Source: PVC group bacterium (lineage in GTDB: Bacteria; Omnitrophota; Gorgyraeia; B26-G9). Taken from it: 64,000 bases of DNA. The position numbers and the translations under genes are program-made. Within the stretch, counting starts at the first letter, position 1, and every line of letters begins with the position of its first letter. Location of the stretch: assembly GCA_024231215.1 (NCBI GenBank), contig JAAEQR010000142.1:420593-484592 (forward strand), written 5' to 3'. A model generated the notes under the pieces. The model was not told the origin of the DNA. It saw only the letters and a list, made by a program, of their open reading frames with translations, and did no database searches. This document shows, one piece after another, positions 26,445-35,677 of this stretch.

Positions 26445-27050
26445 TTATGAGTTAAGCAACATGCCTTTTATCGGCTGGAATGTTTTGCGGTGGATCGGAC
26501 AGGGACCATGTTTGTAGATTGCATCACGATGGGCTTTGGTGCCGTAACCTTTGTGACCGGCAAATCCGTACTGCGGATAGAGTTTATCATACTCAACCAT
26601 CATCGCGTCCCGCGTCACCTTGGCGATAATTGACGCACAGGAAATAGATATACTTTTGGCATCACCGTCAATAATTGGAGTACAGGATTGAAAAATTATC
26701 GGTTCATGCGGGCCGTCAACAAGGACCCATTCCGGTTCTTTAGGCAAGTTTTCTATGGCACGCGCCATAGCATCTAATGATGCGCGCAGAATATTGATTT
26801 TATCTATCTGTTCTTCGGTTGAGAATGCATGCGCGTACAAACAATTCGCAGTTATCTCTTCATACGCTTTCTGACGCTGCCGCGGGCTCAATTTTTTAGA
26901 ATCCGCGATCTTTTGCTCAAACACATACTCAGGCGGAACAATTACTGCTGCGGCAACCACAGGACCAGCTAAAGGTCCACGACCGGCTTCATCTACACCG
27001 GCAACAGTCTTAATCCCTTTTGCAAAAAGATCATGTTCAAATGTCCACAT
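26445..27050 (-). CDS. rnhB: Ribonuclease HII
   Basis: GVDEAGRGPLAGPV, DSKKL, LVDG, GDAKS.SI..ASIIAKVTRD, HKGYGT, HRKTF. Confidence 0.96.
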   Translation of the reverse strand: MWTFEHDLFAKGIKTVAGVDEAGRGPLAGPVVAAAVIVPPEYVFEQKIADSKKLSPRQRQKAYEEITANCLYAHAFSTEEQIDKINILRASLDAMARAIENLPKEPEWVLVDGPHEPIIFQSCTPIIDGDAKSISISCASIIAKVTRDAMMVEYDKLYPQYGFAGHKGYGTKAHRDAIYKHGPCPIHRKTFQPIKGMLLNS

Positions 27051-27053
27051 ATT

Positions 27054-27410
27054 TTATTTAACAGAATTCTTTGCTTTTTTCTCAGCTATTTTAGCACTCT
27101 TACCGGTTCTGCCTCTTAAATAATACAGCTTCGCACGCCGAACTTTACCTTTTCTTAATACATCCAAGCTATCGATCATCGGAGAATGCAAAGGAAATAC
27201 TCTTTCTACTCCTTCTCCATGAGAAATACGCCGAACCGTAAAAGTACTGCTTATTCCAGCACTGCGTTTTCTGATAACCGCACCTTCAAAAGTCTGAATA
27301 CGAAATTTCCCTTCATCTTCCGGGATTTTTACATGAACCTTAACTGTATCCCCGGGAGAAAAATTCACCTCATAAGCTTTATGCTGCTCTTTTGTTTTCT
27401 TCTTACTCAC
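27054..27410 (-). CDS. rplS: 50S ribosomal protein L19
   Basis: [41 protein letters not shown]. Confidence 0.97.
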   Translation of the reverse strand: MSKKKTKEQHKAYEVNFSPGDTVKVHVKIPEDEGKFRIQTFEGAVIRKRSAGISSTFTVRRISHGEGVERVFPLHSPMIDSLDVLRKGKVRRAKLYYLRGRTGKSAKIAEKKAKNSVK

Positions 27411-28098
27411 TTCTCTTACCCTCCTTATTATATTTTTTCAACAAATCACTTCTTCTCTTCTTTGTTCTTTTCAATGACTGCTGTTTACGCCATTTCTCGA
27501 TTTTATTATGATTCCCGGACACCAATATCTCGGGTACTTTCATATCTCGATACACACTTGGACGGGTATATTGAGGATATTCTAATAAATCATCGTTAAA
27601 TGATTCCGAATCTAAAGAACCTTCTTCTCCCAATACTCCCGGAACAAGCCGCACAATCGAATCAATAACAACCATTGCCGGCAACTCGCCGCAAGTTAAA
27701 ACATAGTCGCCAATAGATACTTCCCGATGTGCCAAAGTCCGTATCCGTTCGTCATATCCTTCATAATGACCACAAATAAACAATAGATGTCGATACTTTA
27801 AAAGCTTTGTTGCTAGTTTTTGATCAAGTTTTTCTCCCTGAGGAGTAAGTAATATAACATGCGTATTTTTTTTACAAAGATCGTCACAAGCTTCAAATAC
27901 CGGTTCCGGTTTTATCACCATTCCCGGCCCACCGCCATACGGCTTATCATCTACAGTCCGACGCTTATCATGTGTCCAATCGCGCAGGTTATAGAGATTT
28001 ATATCTACTTTCTTCTTTTCCTGAGCTCGTTTTAAAATAGAGTCTCCAATAACTCCTTCAAACATATTCGGGAAAAGTGTTAAAACATCAATCTGCAC
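27403..28098 (-). CDS. trmD: tRNA (guanine-N1)-methyltransferase
   Basis: [56 protein letters not shown]. Confidence 0.97.
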   Translation of the reverse strand: MQIDVLTLFPNMFEGVIGDSILKRAQEKKKVDINLYNLRDWTHDKRRTVDDKPYGGGPGMVIKPEPVFEACDDLCKKNTHVILLTPQGEKLDQKLATKLLKYRHLLFICGHYEGYDERIRTLAHREVSIGDYVLTCGELPAMVVIDSIVRLVPGVLGEEGSLDSESFNDDLLEYPQYTRPSVYRDMKVPEILVSGNHNKIEKWRKQQSLKRTKKRRSDLLKKYNKEGKRSE

Positions 28099-28427
28099 TA
28101 TTTTTTGTCCGCACTTTTTCTGCGTTTCAAAATATTTTCCAGGCTTTTTTCCGCATCCAGCCCTTCTAGAGTATCTGCAAAGTTCTCCTTAACCAGAGTA
28201 TAATAGTGAATCGCTGTCTCATAATCATCAACATCTTCTGCTAATTCAGCAGCATGCACCCATGATTCAAGAGAATGCTTTTCTTTTGTCGTCAAAATCG
28301 TCTGTTGTTTTGAACTCTCCACACTTGTCTCGGGTTTAATATTTCGTTGCTTTGCTTGGGCAGTAGAATTCATTCCTACTACTATACACATTACCATCAC
28401 CAGTAACATTATTCTGCGCATTAACAT
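28098..28427 (-). CDS. Small exported hypothetical protein with TPR-like C-terminus
   Basis: Signal peptide ending AQA; 1-nt overlaps with rpsP stop (TAATG) and trmD start (TAGTG). Confidence 0.7.
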   Translation of the reverse strand: MLMRRIMLLVMVMCIVVGMNSTAQAKQRNIKPETSVESSKQQTILTTKEKHSLESWVHAAELAEDVDDYETAIHYYTLVKENFADTLEGLDAEKSLENILKRRKSADKK

Positions 28428-28711
28428 TACTTATCTCCCTGTTTTTTCTTCTTCCCTTGTTTCTTTTTAAACGATATATCTTTATTTTTAAATATCCTTT
28501 TTACCGTCTCAGTCGGCTGAGCACCTTCACTTAGCCAATACATAGCTCTTTCAATTTTCACGTCAACAAACACCGGATCTTTTGATGGATCATAATAACC
28601 GATCTCTTCAATAAATCTTCCGTCGCGAGGTCTACGCTTGTCAGTAACAACAATCTTATGATGCGGTTTTCTTTTTGACCCTAATCTTGATAAACGAATA
28701 ACAACTGCCAC
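28427..28711 (-). CDS. rpsP: 30S ribosomal protein S16
   Basis: IRLSRLG.KRKP..IVV.D.R..RDGRFIE.IGYYDP, YWL..GAQPT.TV. Confidence 0.97.
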   Translation of the reverse strand: MAVVIRLSRLGSKRKPHHKIVVTDKRRPRDGRFIEEIGYYDPSKDPVFVDVKIERAMYWLSEGAQPTETVKRIFKNKDISFKKKQGKKKKQGDK

Positions 28712-28724
28712 TCTCTCACCTCCT

Positions 28725-29990
28725 CTATTCTTTCACCCTCTTTATTCTCGCGCCCACTTTAATAAGTTTCTCTTCTATCTGTTCATATCCCCTATCCAGG
28801 TGATATATACGCGAAATTTCTGTTTTTCCTTTTGCCACCAACCCGGCTAAAATAAGCGCCGCAGATGCACGCAAATCTGAAGCCATTACCGGAGCACCAC
28901 TTAAGCGTTTGCCACCTTTTACAATCGCACTAGCGCCTTCTAAAAAGATCTCCGCTCCCATTCGATTCAATTCACTCACATGCATAAACCGATCCGGAAA
29001 TATCTTTTCTGTAAGCACACTAATTCCATCTGTAACTGTAACCAAAGCCATCATCTGCGCCTGCATATCCGTAGGAAATCCCGGATATGGCAAAGTTGTA
29101 ATATCAACCGGCTTTAAATTCGAAGATCTTCTTTTCACATGAATATCTCCGCTATTTGCCTTCACACTTACACCAGCTTGAGTCAGCTTATCGATCAACG
29201 CAGAAAGATGTTCTATCTTAGCCTTTTTTATAACCAGATCACCTCCGGTTATCGCCGCAGCCAAAACATGCGTCCCCGCCTCAATTCGGTCGGGAATAAT
29301 GCTATGTGTTGCACCTCCCAGTTTTTTCACGCCTTCAATTTCTATAATTGGCGTTCCCTGACCTTGTATTTTTGCCCCCATCTTGATCAGGAAATTAGCT
29401 AAATCAATAATTTCCGGTTCACAAGCAGCATTCTCAATCAAAGATCGTCCTTTTGCCATCACCGCAGCCATCATTACATTTGCTGTAGCCAAGACTGAAG
29501 AGCCATAGGCTCCTCCTAAAAATATATTACTGCCCCTTAATTCTTTCACCTTGGCAACAATATATCCATGCTCTATTTTTATCTGTGCACCTAAAGCCCG
29601 CAAGCCTTTAATATGCAAATCCACCGGTCTCTGCCCGATAATACAACCCCCCGGCATCGAAACCCGTGCCTGCCTCTGCTTTGCCAAAAGCGGCCCCAAA
29701 ACACAAATCGAAGCACGCATCGTACTTACCAGCTTATATGCAGCAACGTTCTGCTTTATCTGAGAAGGCCCGACAACAACACGATTACCAGTCATTTGAA
29801 CCTTAATTCCCAGACTCCGCAATATTTTCAGCATTGTTCCTACATCCCGCAAAACAGGAACATTTTTAATAATACATTTTTCATTGGTCAGTAATGTCGC
29901 TGCTAATATCGGCAACGCCGCATTTTTAGCTCCACTAACCTCTATTGCTCCTTTTAAAGGAACACCACCTTCTATAATTATTTTATCCAT
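28725..29990 (-). CDS. murA: UDP-N-acetylglucosamine 1-carboxyvinyltransferase; start moved to ATG 29990
   Basis: SGAKNAALP, MRAS, PGGCIIGQRPVDLH (catalytic Cys), NAA.EPE, PYPGFPTDMQ, DLRA, DRGY. Confidence 0.97.
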   Translation of the reverse strand: MDKIIIEGGVPLKGAIEVSGAKNAALPILAATLLTNEKCIIKNVPVLRDVGTMLKILRSLGIKVQMTGNRVVVGPSQIKQNVAAYKLVSTMRASICVLGPLLAKQRQARVSMPGGCIIGQRPVDLHIKGLRALGAQIKIEHGYIVAKVKELRGSNIFLGGAYGSSVLATANVMMAAVMAKGRSLIENAACEPEIIDLANFLIKMGAKIQGQGTPIIEIEGVKKLGGATHSIIPDRIEAGTHVLAAAITGGDLVIKKAKIEHLSALIDKLTQAGVSVKANSGDIHVKRRSSNLKPVDITTLPYPGFPTDMQAQMMALVTVTDGISVLTEKIFPDRFMHVSELNRMGAEIFLEGASAIVKGGKRLSGAPVMASDLRASAALILAGLVAKGKTEISRIYHLDRGYEQIEEKLIKVGARIKRVKE

Positions 29991-30897
29991 GGACCTTTCT
30001 CGCACTCACAAATCGAGATATCCCATTCAAGTCGGAAAACAATTCCAGACATTCAAAAACACGATTATGCTGCACTAATTCACCTATTTGTGCTGACTGC
30101 TTGTCCCCGCATTCAAAAGCAATAAATCCGGACGGACGCAAGTACACCGCACAACCGGCAAGTATACTTCTATAAAACATAAGTCCGTCATCTCCACCAT
30201 CTAATGCATTGCGCGGTTCACAACAAACTTCCGGCGGCAAATCAGAACATTCCTGACGAACAATATAAGGTGGATTTGCTATAATTATATCAAATGTCTC
30301 TGCAGGTATCCCTGTTTCATTAATCTTAAGCGCTGAAAATAAATCGCCTTGCAAAAAACAAATTCTCTGAGCAACTCCCTGATTTTCTGCATTATCGCGG
30401 GCTGTTTCCAAAGCATATCTATTAATATCAGTGGCTACTATTGTACAGTCGGCCAGATTTTTTGTCAATGCAACCGCAATATTACCGCTGCCAGTACATA
30501 ATTCCAGGATTCGTACCGGCCTTGAAAAATTTTCATTTATTATATTAATAACCCTTTCGACCAACATTTCAGTTTCCGGTCGCGGGATAAAAACACCCTC
30601 GTCTATCGCCAATTTCAACCCGTAAAAATAAGTTTCTTTTGTCAGGTATTGCAACGGAGTTCGCAAACATCTTTTTGTTACAAAGTCCTTAAAAGATTCA
30701 GCTATCTCCGCAGAAATAATATGTTCTCTGTCCGTATATAACTCTCCCCTAGAGCAATCAAGCAAAAAACTCAGCAGTAATTCAGCTTCCTGTCGTGAAG
30801 ATACAATACCGGAATCTGAAAAACACTTACCCGCCCAATTTATCAGATCTAATATATTAGATCTTCTCTTCTCTAATACCGGCATCATAGACTTCAT
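29983..30897 (-). CDS. prmC: Release factor glutamine methyltransferase
   Basis: PLQYL, VFIPRPETE, LELCTGSG, ANPPY, EP..ALDGG.DGL.FY; downstream of prfA. Confidence 0.95.
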   Translation of the reverse strand: MKSMMPVLEKRRSNILDLINWAGKCFSDSGIVSSRQEAELLLSFLLDCSRGELYTDREHIISAEIAESFKDFVTKRCLRTPLQYLTKETYFYGLKLAIDEGVFIPRPETEMLVERVINIINENFSRPVRILELCTGSGNIAVALTKNLADCTIVATDINRYALETARDNAENQGVAQRICFLQGDLFSALKINETGIPAETFDIIIANPPYIVRQECSDLPPEVCCEPRNALDGGDDGLMFYRSILAGCAVYLRPSGFIAFECGDKQSAQIGELVQHNRVFECLELFSDLNGISRFVSARKVHG

Positions 30898-31982
30898 CAG
30901 CTACTCTCCAACTTAAGCTTACGTTCTGCCTGCTGCAACGCGATAACAACTTCTTCTAAATCACCTTCTAAAATCTGCTCTATCTTATACAGCGTAAGTT
31001 TAATTCTGTGATCCGTAACTCTTCCGTCTGGAAAGTTATATGTCCTTATCTTTTCACTTCTGTCTCCAGAACCTATCTGCGTCCGACGCTGCTGAGTAAT
31101 CTTTGACTCATGTTCTCTCCGCGCCACGTCCAACAACCTGGCACGTAATACCTTTATTGCCTTAGCTTTATTTTTAATCTGAGAACGTTCATCCTGACAC
31201 GTCACCACAATACCTGTAGGCAAATGGGTCAAGCGCACCGCAGAATCAGTAGTATTAACACTCTGACCACCGGCACCTTGAGACCGATATACATCCACCT
31301 TTAAATCCTGTGTATTAATTTCAAGATCCACATCTTCGGCTTCAGGCAAAACCGCGACACTCACTGCAGAAGTATGTATTCTTCCTGAGGCTTCTGTAGC
31401 TGGAACTCTCTGCACACGGTGCACTCCGCTCTCATACTTAAACTTCCGATAAACACCCTGTCCTTCTACAGAAAATATTATTTCCTTAAATCCTCCGATT
31501 TGAGTAGGATTTGAATTTAATAATTCAACCTTGAACCCACTAACTACCGCGTATTTTGTATACATCCGATAAAGGTCTCCGGCAAAAAGAGCAGCTTCTT
31601 CACCTCCGGTACCCGCTCGAATTTCAACAATTATATCCTTATCAGCATCCGAATCTTCTACAACCAAGTATTCTTCAAGTACCAACAAAAGTGCCTGTTT
31701 TTTTTCTTGTAATTGTAAAAGCTCCTCTTGCACTAACTCCAAAAATTCTTTATCTTCTTTGCCATCTTTGACAATTACTTGCAAGCGAGCTAATTCCTCT
31801 TCTGTATTACGATACTCTCTATACTTCTCTACCTTCTCGCGAAGACGAGCTCTTTCCTTTGCAAGCTTCTGATACTGGGAAGCATCCTGAATGATTTCCG
31901 GATCAACCATACGAGTTTCCAGTTCCTGAAAACGAGCTTCAAACTCTTCAAATTTTTTCAAGAAAAGCTGCTTATTTTGCAT
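30897..31982 (-). CDS. prfA: Peptide chain release factor 1
   Basis: [25 protein letters not shown] (PxT), [17 protein letters not shown]. Confidence 0.97.
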   Translation of the reverse strand: MQNKQLFLKKFEEFEARFQELETRMVDPEIIQDASQYQKLAKERARLREKVEKYREYRNTEEELARLQVIVKDGKEDKEFLELVQEELLQLQEKKQALLLVLEEYLVVEDSDADKDIIVEIRAGTGGEEAALFAGDLYRMYTKYAVVSGFKVELLNSNPTQIGGFKEIIFSVEGQGVYRKFKYESGVHRVQRVPATEASGRIHTSAVSVAVLPEAEDVDLEINTQDLKVDVYRSQGAGGQSVNTTDSAVRLTHLPTGIVVTCQDERSQIKNKAKAIKVLRARLLDVARREHESKITQQRRTQIGSGDRSEKIRTYNFPDGRVTDHRIKLTLYKIEQILEGDLEEVVIALQQAERKLKLESS

Positions 31983-32169
31983 ATCTCTTCTTAAATCTTT
32001 CCACTCGACCGGCAGTATCCATAATCTTCTGTTTACCAGTATAGAAAGGATGACATTTACTGCAAATTTCGATACGAATACTCTGCCTCGTGCTACATAC
32101 CTGAATCACCTCTCCACACGCACAGGTTATCGTCGTCGGTTTATATTCCGGATGAATTTTCTGCTTCAT
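31972..32169 (-). CDS. rpmE: 50S ribosomal protein L31 (Zn-binding C+ type)
   Basis: [26 protein letters not shown]. Confidence 0.97.
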   Translation of the reverse strand: MKQKIHPEYKPTTITCACGEVIQVCSTRQSIRIEICSKCHPFYTGKQKIMDTAGRVERFKKRYAK

Positions 32170-32206
32170 TGTTCCTACCCTCCTTACATTATTTTCAAAA
32201 GCTTTT

Positions 32207-32234
32207 ATTATACCACATTATTATCTTCCGTCAA
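32207..32234 (-). promoter_or_regulatory. Putative sigma70 promoter for rpmE-prfA operon
   Basis: Minus strand TTGACG-16 nt-TATAAT with extended TGn. Confidence 0.55.
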
Positions 32235-33609
32235 TAGCCAGCGACATTAAAAATTCCGCATTGGTGTTTACCTTCTTTAGCTTTGCAATCAACAGTTCCA
32301 TAGCTTCTACACTGCTTAATTCATTCAGTGCTTTACGCAAAATCCAAATACGCTTTAATTCTTCCGGATCAAGCAAAAGTTCTTCCTTCCTGGTATTTGA
32401 ACGTTTTATATCGATCGCCGGATAAATTCTCCTTTGGAAAAGATTACGATCCAGCTGTAGCTCCATATTACCTGTCCCCTTAAATTCTTCAAAAATAACT
32501 TCATCCATTCTACTGCCGGTATCCACCAAAGCAGTCGCCAGAATGGTTAAAGATCCACCTTCTTCAATACTCCGGGCTGCCCCAAAAAAGCGTTTCGGTT
32601 TCTGCAAAGCAGTAGAATCAACACCACCGGACAATATTTTACCGGAATGCGGCACCACCGTATTATGTGCTCTGGCCAACCTGGTAATACTATCCAGCAA
32701 AATAACTACGTCCCTACCACATTCTACCAGACGTTTTGCTTTTTCCAGCACAATTTCCGCAACCTGTACGTGTCTCTCCGGCGGCTCGTCAAACGTAGAA
32801 CTAATAACCTCTCCCTTTACCGAACGCTGCATATCCGTAACTTCTTCCGGACGTTCATCAATCAAAAGAACAATCAAAATAACATCCTCGTTATTACTGG
32901 TAATACTATTAGCTATTTTCTGCAAAAGCACTGTTTTTCCACTATATGGCGGAGCCACAATAAGTCCACGCTGCCCCTTACCAATCGGAGTCAATATATC
33001 CATAATCCGCATCGAAACTTCTTCCGCATTTGCTTCTAATAAAAACCTCTTATTAGGATACAACGGCGTAAGGTTATCAAATAAAATTTTATCTTTAGCC
33101 TTTTCAGGTGCTTCAAAATTAACCGCTTCCACTTTCAATAGGGCAAAATATCTTTCTCCCTCTTTCGGAGGACGGATCTGACCGCTTACCGTATCTCCGG
33201 TCCTTAAATCAAACTTTCTGATTTGACTTGGGGAAATATAGATATCATCCGGACAAGGCAGATAATTGTAATTCGGACTGCGCAAAAAACCAAACCCGTC
33301 TGGAAGAACTTCTAAAATACCTTCTCCGAACATATTTCCTTGTTTTTCAGCCTGAGCCTGTAAAATCTTAAATATCAGGTCTGTCTTACGCGCGCCGCTG
33401 ATACCTTCGACTTTAAACTCGCGGGCAATTTTATGCAACCCAGCTACACTCATTTTTTTTAAGGCGCCAAGATCCAGACCATCATGTGCCTTTACCACCC
33501 GCGCCTCTTGCCTTGCCGCAGGCGGCCTATCGTTGTGATGTCTCTGTCTACTGTTTTTTGCATTGTTATTATTTTTTACATATCTTTTTTTCTCTGGTCT
33601 CTGTAACAT
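32221..33609 (-). CDS. rho: Transcription termination factor Rho
   Basis: [65 protein letters not shown]. Confidence 0.98.
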   Translation of the reverse strand: MLQRPEKKRYVKNNNNAKNSRQRHHNDRPPAARQEARVVKAHDGLDLGALKKMSVAGLHKIAREFKVEGISGARKTDLIFKILQAQAEKQGNMFGEGILEVLPDGFGFLRSPNYNYLPCPDDIYISPSQIRKFDLRTGDTVSGQIRPPKEGERYFALLKVEAVNFEAPEKAKDKILFDNLTPLYPNKRFLLEANAEEVSMRIMDILTPIGKGQRGLIVAPPYSGKTVLLQKIANSITSNNEDVILIVLLIDERPEEVTDMQRSVKGEVISSTFDEPPERHVQVAEIVLEKAKRLVECGRDVVILLDSITRLARAHNTVVPHSGKILSGGVDSTALQKPKRFFGAARSIEEGGSLTILATALVDTGSRMDEVIFEEFKGTGNMELQLDRNLFQRRIYPAIDIKRSNTRKEELLLDPEELKRIWILRKALNELSSVEAMELLIAKLKKVNTNAEFLMSLAIDGR

Positions 33610-33649
33610 AAAAACCTCTCATTGTTGTCCCTTCAATAAAAAGGGCTGC

Positions 33650-34252
33650 TCAGACACGTAGTTTCGATTCCTTCCAAATTTTCTTTACCTGAGCTTTTGT
33701 TTGTGTTAAATTTCCACGGTTATCAACAACATAGTCCGCATATTTTATTTTTTTATTTAAAGGCAGTTGAAATCCCATCCTTTGCTTTGCCTGCTCAACA
33801 GAGATTTTCTTCGAACCAAAAGCTCTTTCTATCTGCTGCTGAGGTGTTGACTTTACGATCAAGACACTATCCATATTTTGATAGAGCCCGGACTCGACAA
33901 GCAATGCTGCATCAACTACCGATATTTTTATCGCATCGGTTTTACTGTATTCATAAAGCTTTTTGTTGATATATTTCAATACCCAAGGATGAACAATATC
34001 ACACAATTTCTGCTGATTTTTTTTATTTTTAAAAGCAACTTTAGCTAATTTTTTCCTATTTATAGAACTATCCGGATTAAGAATTAATTCACCAAATGCT
34101 TTGATCACCCTACGGTAACATAGCGAATTTTTATAAATAGCACGATGCGCTATCCTGTCTGCATCCAACACACGCGCTCCCAGCTCTTTAAACATTTTTG
34201 CTACTGTAGTCTTGCCGCTGGATAAGCCTCCGGTAATTCCTAGTTTTATCAT
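33650..34252 (-). CDS. coaE: Dephospho-CoA kinase
   Basis: GITGGLSSGKTT, DAD.IAH, INRKKLA..F, IVHP, DAALLVE, AD.VVDN. Confidence 0.93.
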   Translation of the reverse strand: MIKLGITGGLSSGKTTVAKMFKELGARVLDADRIAHRAIYKNSLCYRRVIKAFGELILNPDSSINRKKLAKVAFKNKKNQQKLCDIVHPWVLKYINKKLYEYSKTDAIKISVVDAALLVESGLYQNMDSVLIVKSTPQQQIERAFGSKKISVEQAKQRMGFQLPLNKKIKYADYVVDNRGNLTQTKAQVKKIWKESKLRV

Positions 34253-34257
34253 CTTCT

Positions 34258-35676
34258 TTAAACTACCACTTTTTGTTTAGTAACCTCTTCATACAATTTA
34301 AAATATTTCTTGGCCGACTGTCCCCAGGAAAAATCTTCCTGCATTGACTTTACCACCAAATTCTTCCAAACCGCAGAGTCCTTATATACCCCTAAAGCAC
34401 GTTCTATTGTTTGCAGCAAATCTTTTGATTTGTATCCACTAAAGACAAATCCGTTACCGTCTCCTGTTTTAAGATTATAATCAACTACTGTATCTGCCAA
34501 ACCGCCGGTCTTACGTACAAGCGGAATTGTCCCGAATGAAAAACTGATCAACTGCCCTAACCCGCAAGGTTCATAATAAGAAGGCATGACAAACATATCT
34601 GAAGCCGCATAAATCTTATATGCCAAAGCAGCATCAAAGGTTAAATTGATCGATGTGTTTTTGTACTTTTTCTGCACCTGGGCAAAAATCTCGTGATATT
34701 TCGGGTCTCCGGTTCCCAACAGAATAAACTGCAAAGGCAGCTGGCAAATCCGATCAATTACCTCCGCAAAAATATCCAGTCCTTTTTGATCTGCTAAACG
34801 AGTAATCATGCCCAAAAGCGGCACATCTTTTTCTATTGGTAGATTTTTGTTCTTTTGCAACTCTGCTTTAATTGCATATTTACCGTCTAAATTTTCATCG
34901 TTATAATGGGTATTCAGATGCTTATTAGTCTTAGGATTCCACTCTTCATAATTAATACCATTTAAAATCCCGAGCAAGTCAGTCTTTCTGTTTTGTAAAA
35001 TACCTTCTAATCCACAACCGAATTCCTTAGTCTGTATTTCCTGTGCATAAGTCTGACTTACTGTTGTAATCTTATCAGAAAACAAAAGCCCGCCTTTTAA
35101 CAAATTCGTCTTCCCATAAAATTCCAGTCCATCAACAGAAAAAACACTTTCGTCCAACCCTGTCTGAGGGAATTCTTCTTCTGTAAACAAACCCTGATAT
35201 CCCAAATTATGGATCGTAAATACTGTCTTAATGTCCTTATAAAACGGATCTTTTTTATATATCGTTTTTAAATAAACCGGGATCAGTGCAGTTTGCCAAT
35301 CGTTACAGTGAATCAGGTCCGGTTTAAAATCAATTTTTTTTAATAATTTTAAGGTCTGTGTACAATAATAAGTAAACCGTTCCAGATTATCAGGATAATC
35401 CTCACCTTTATCCTGATACAATCCATCCCGCGCAAAATACTTCTGACTTTCTATAAAATAAACGTCTACAGAATCGGATAATTTTGCCACCGAAGTTTCT
35501 GCATCCAATTTTTCTAATTTAAATTTTTCCGTATCAATACATTTATATTTCGGCAACACTACCTTTATTTCCACACCTAACTTCGCTAATTCCGGAGGCA
35601 ATGTTCCGGCAACATCTGCCAATCCTCCTGTCTTTGCAAACGGTACAACTTCTGAAGAACAAAATAATATTTTCAT
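34258..35676 (-). CDS. glgA: Glycogen synthase
   Basis: SE..PFAKTGGLADV, HCNDWQT, TIHNLGYQG, GILNGI, RLADQKG, MPSYYEPCGL.Q, TGGLADTV. Confidence 0.96.
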   Translation of the reverse strand: MKILFCSSEVVPFAKTGGLADVAGTLPPELAKLGVEIKVVLPKYKCIDTEKFKLEKLDAETSVAKLSDSVDVYFIESQKYFARDGLYQDKGEDYPDNLERFTYYCTQTLKLLKKIDFKPDLIHCNDWQTALIPVYLKTIYKKDPFYKDIKTVFTIHNLGYQGLFTEEEFPQTGLDESVFSVDGLEFYGKTNLLKGGLLFSDKITTVSQTYAQEIQTKEFGCGLEGILQNRKTDLLGILNGINYEEWNPKTNKHLNTHYNDENLDGKYAIKAELQKNKNLPIEKDVPLLGMITRLADQKGLDIFAEVIDRICQLPLQFILLGTGDPKYHEIFAQVQKKYKNTSINLTFDAALAYKIYAASDMFVMPSYYEPCGLGQLISFSFGTIPLVRKTGGLADTVVDYNLKTGDGNGFVFSGYKSKDLLQTIERALGVYKDSAVWKNLVVKSMQEDFSWGQSAKKYFKLYEEVTKQKVVV

Positions 35677-35677
35677 C

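Noticed and set aside
32543-33181. 212-aa plus-strand ORF and the many other short plus-strand ORFs in the track
   Set aside because: They lie antisense to conserved genes (here rho), have no recognisable motifs, and are typical shadow ORFs
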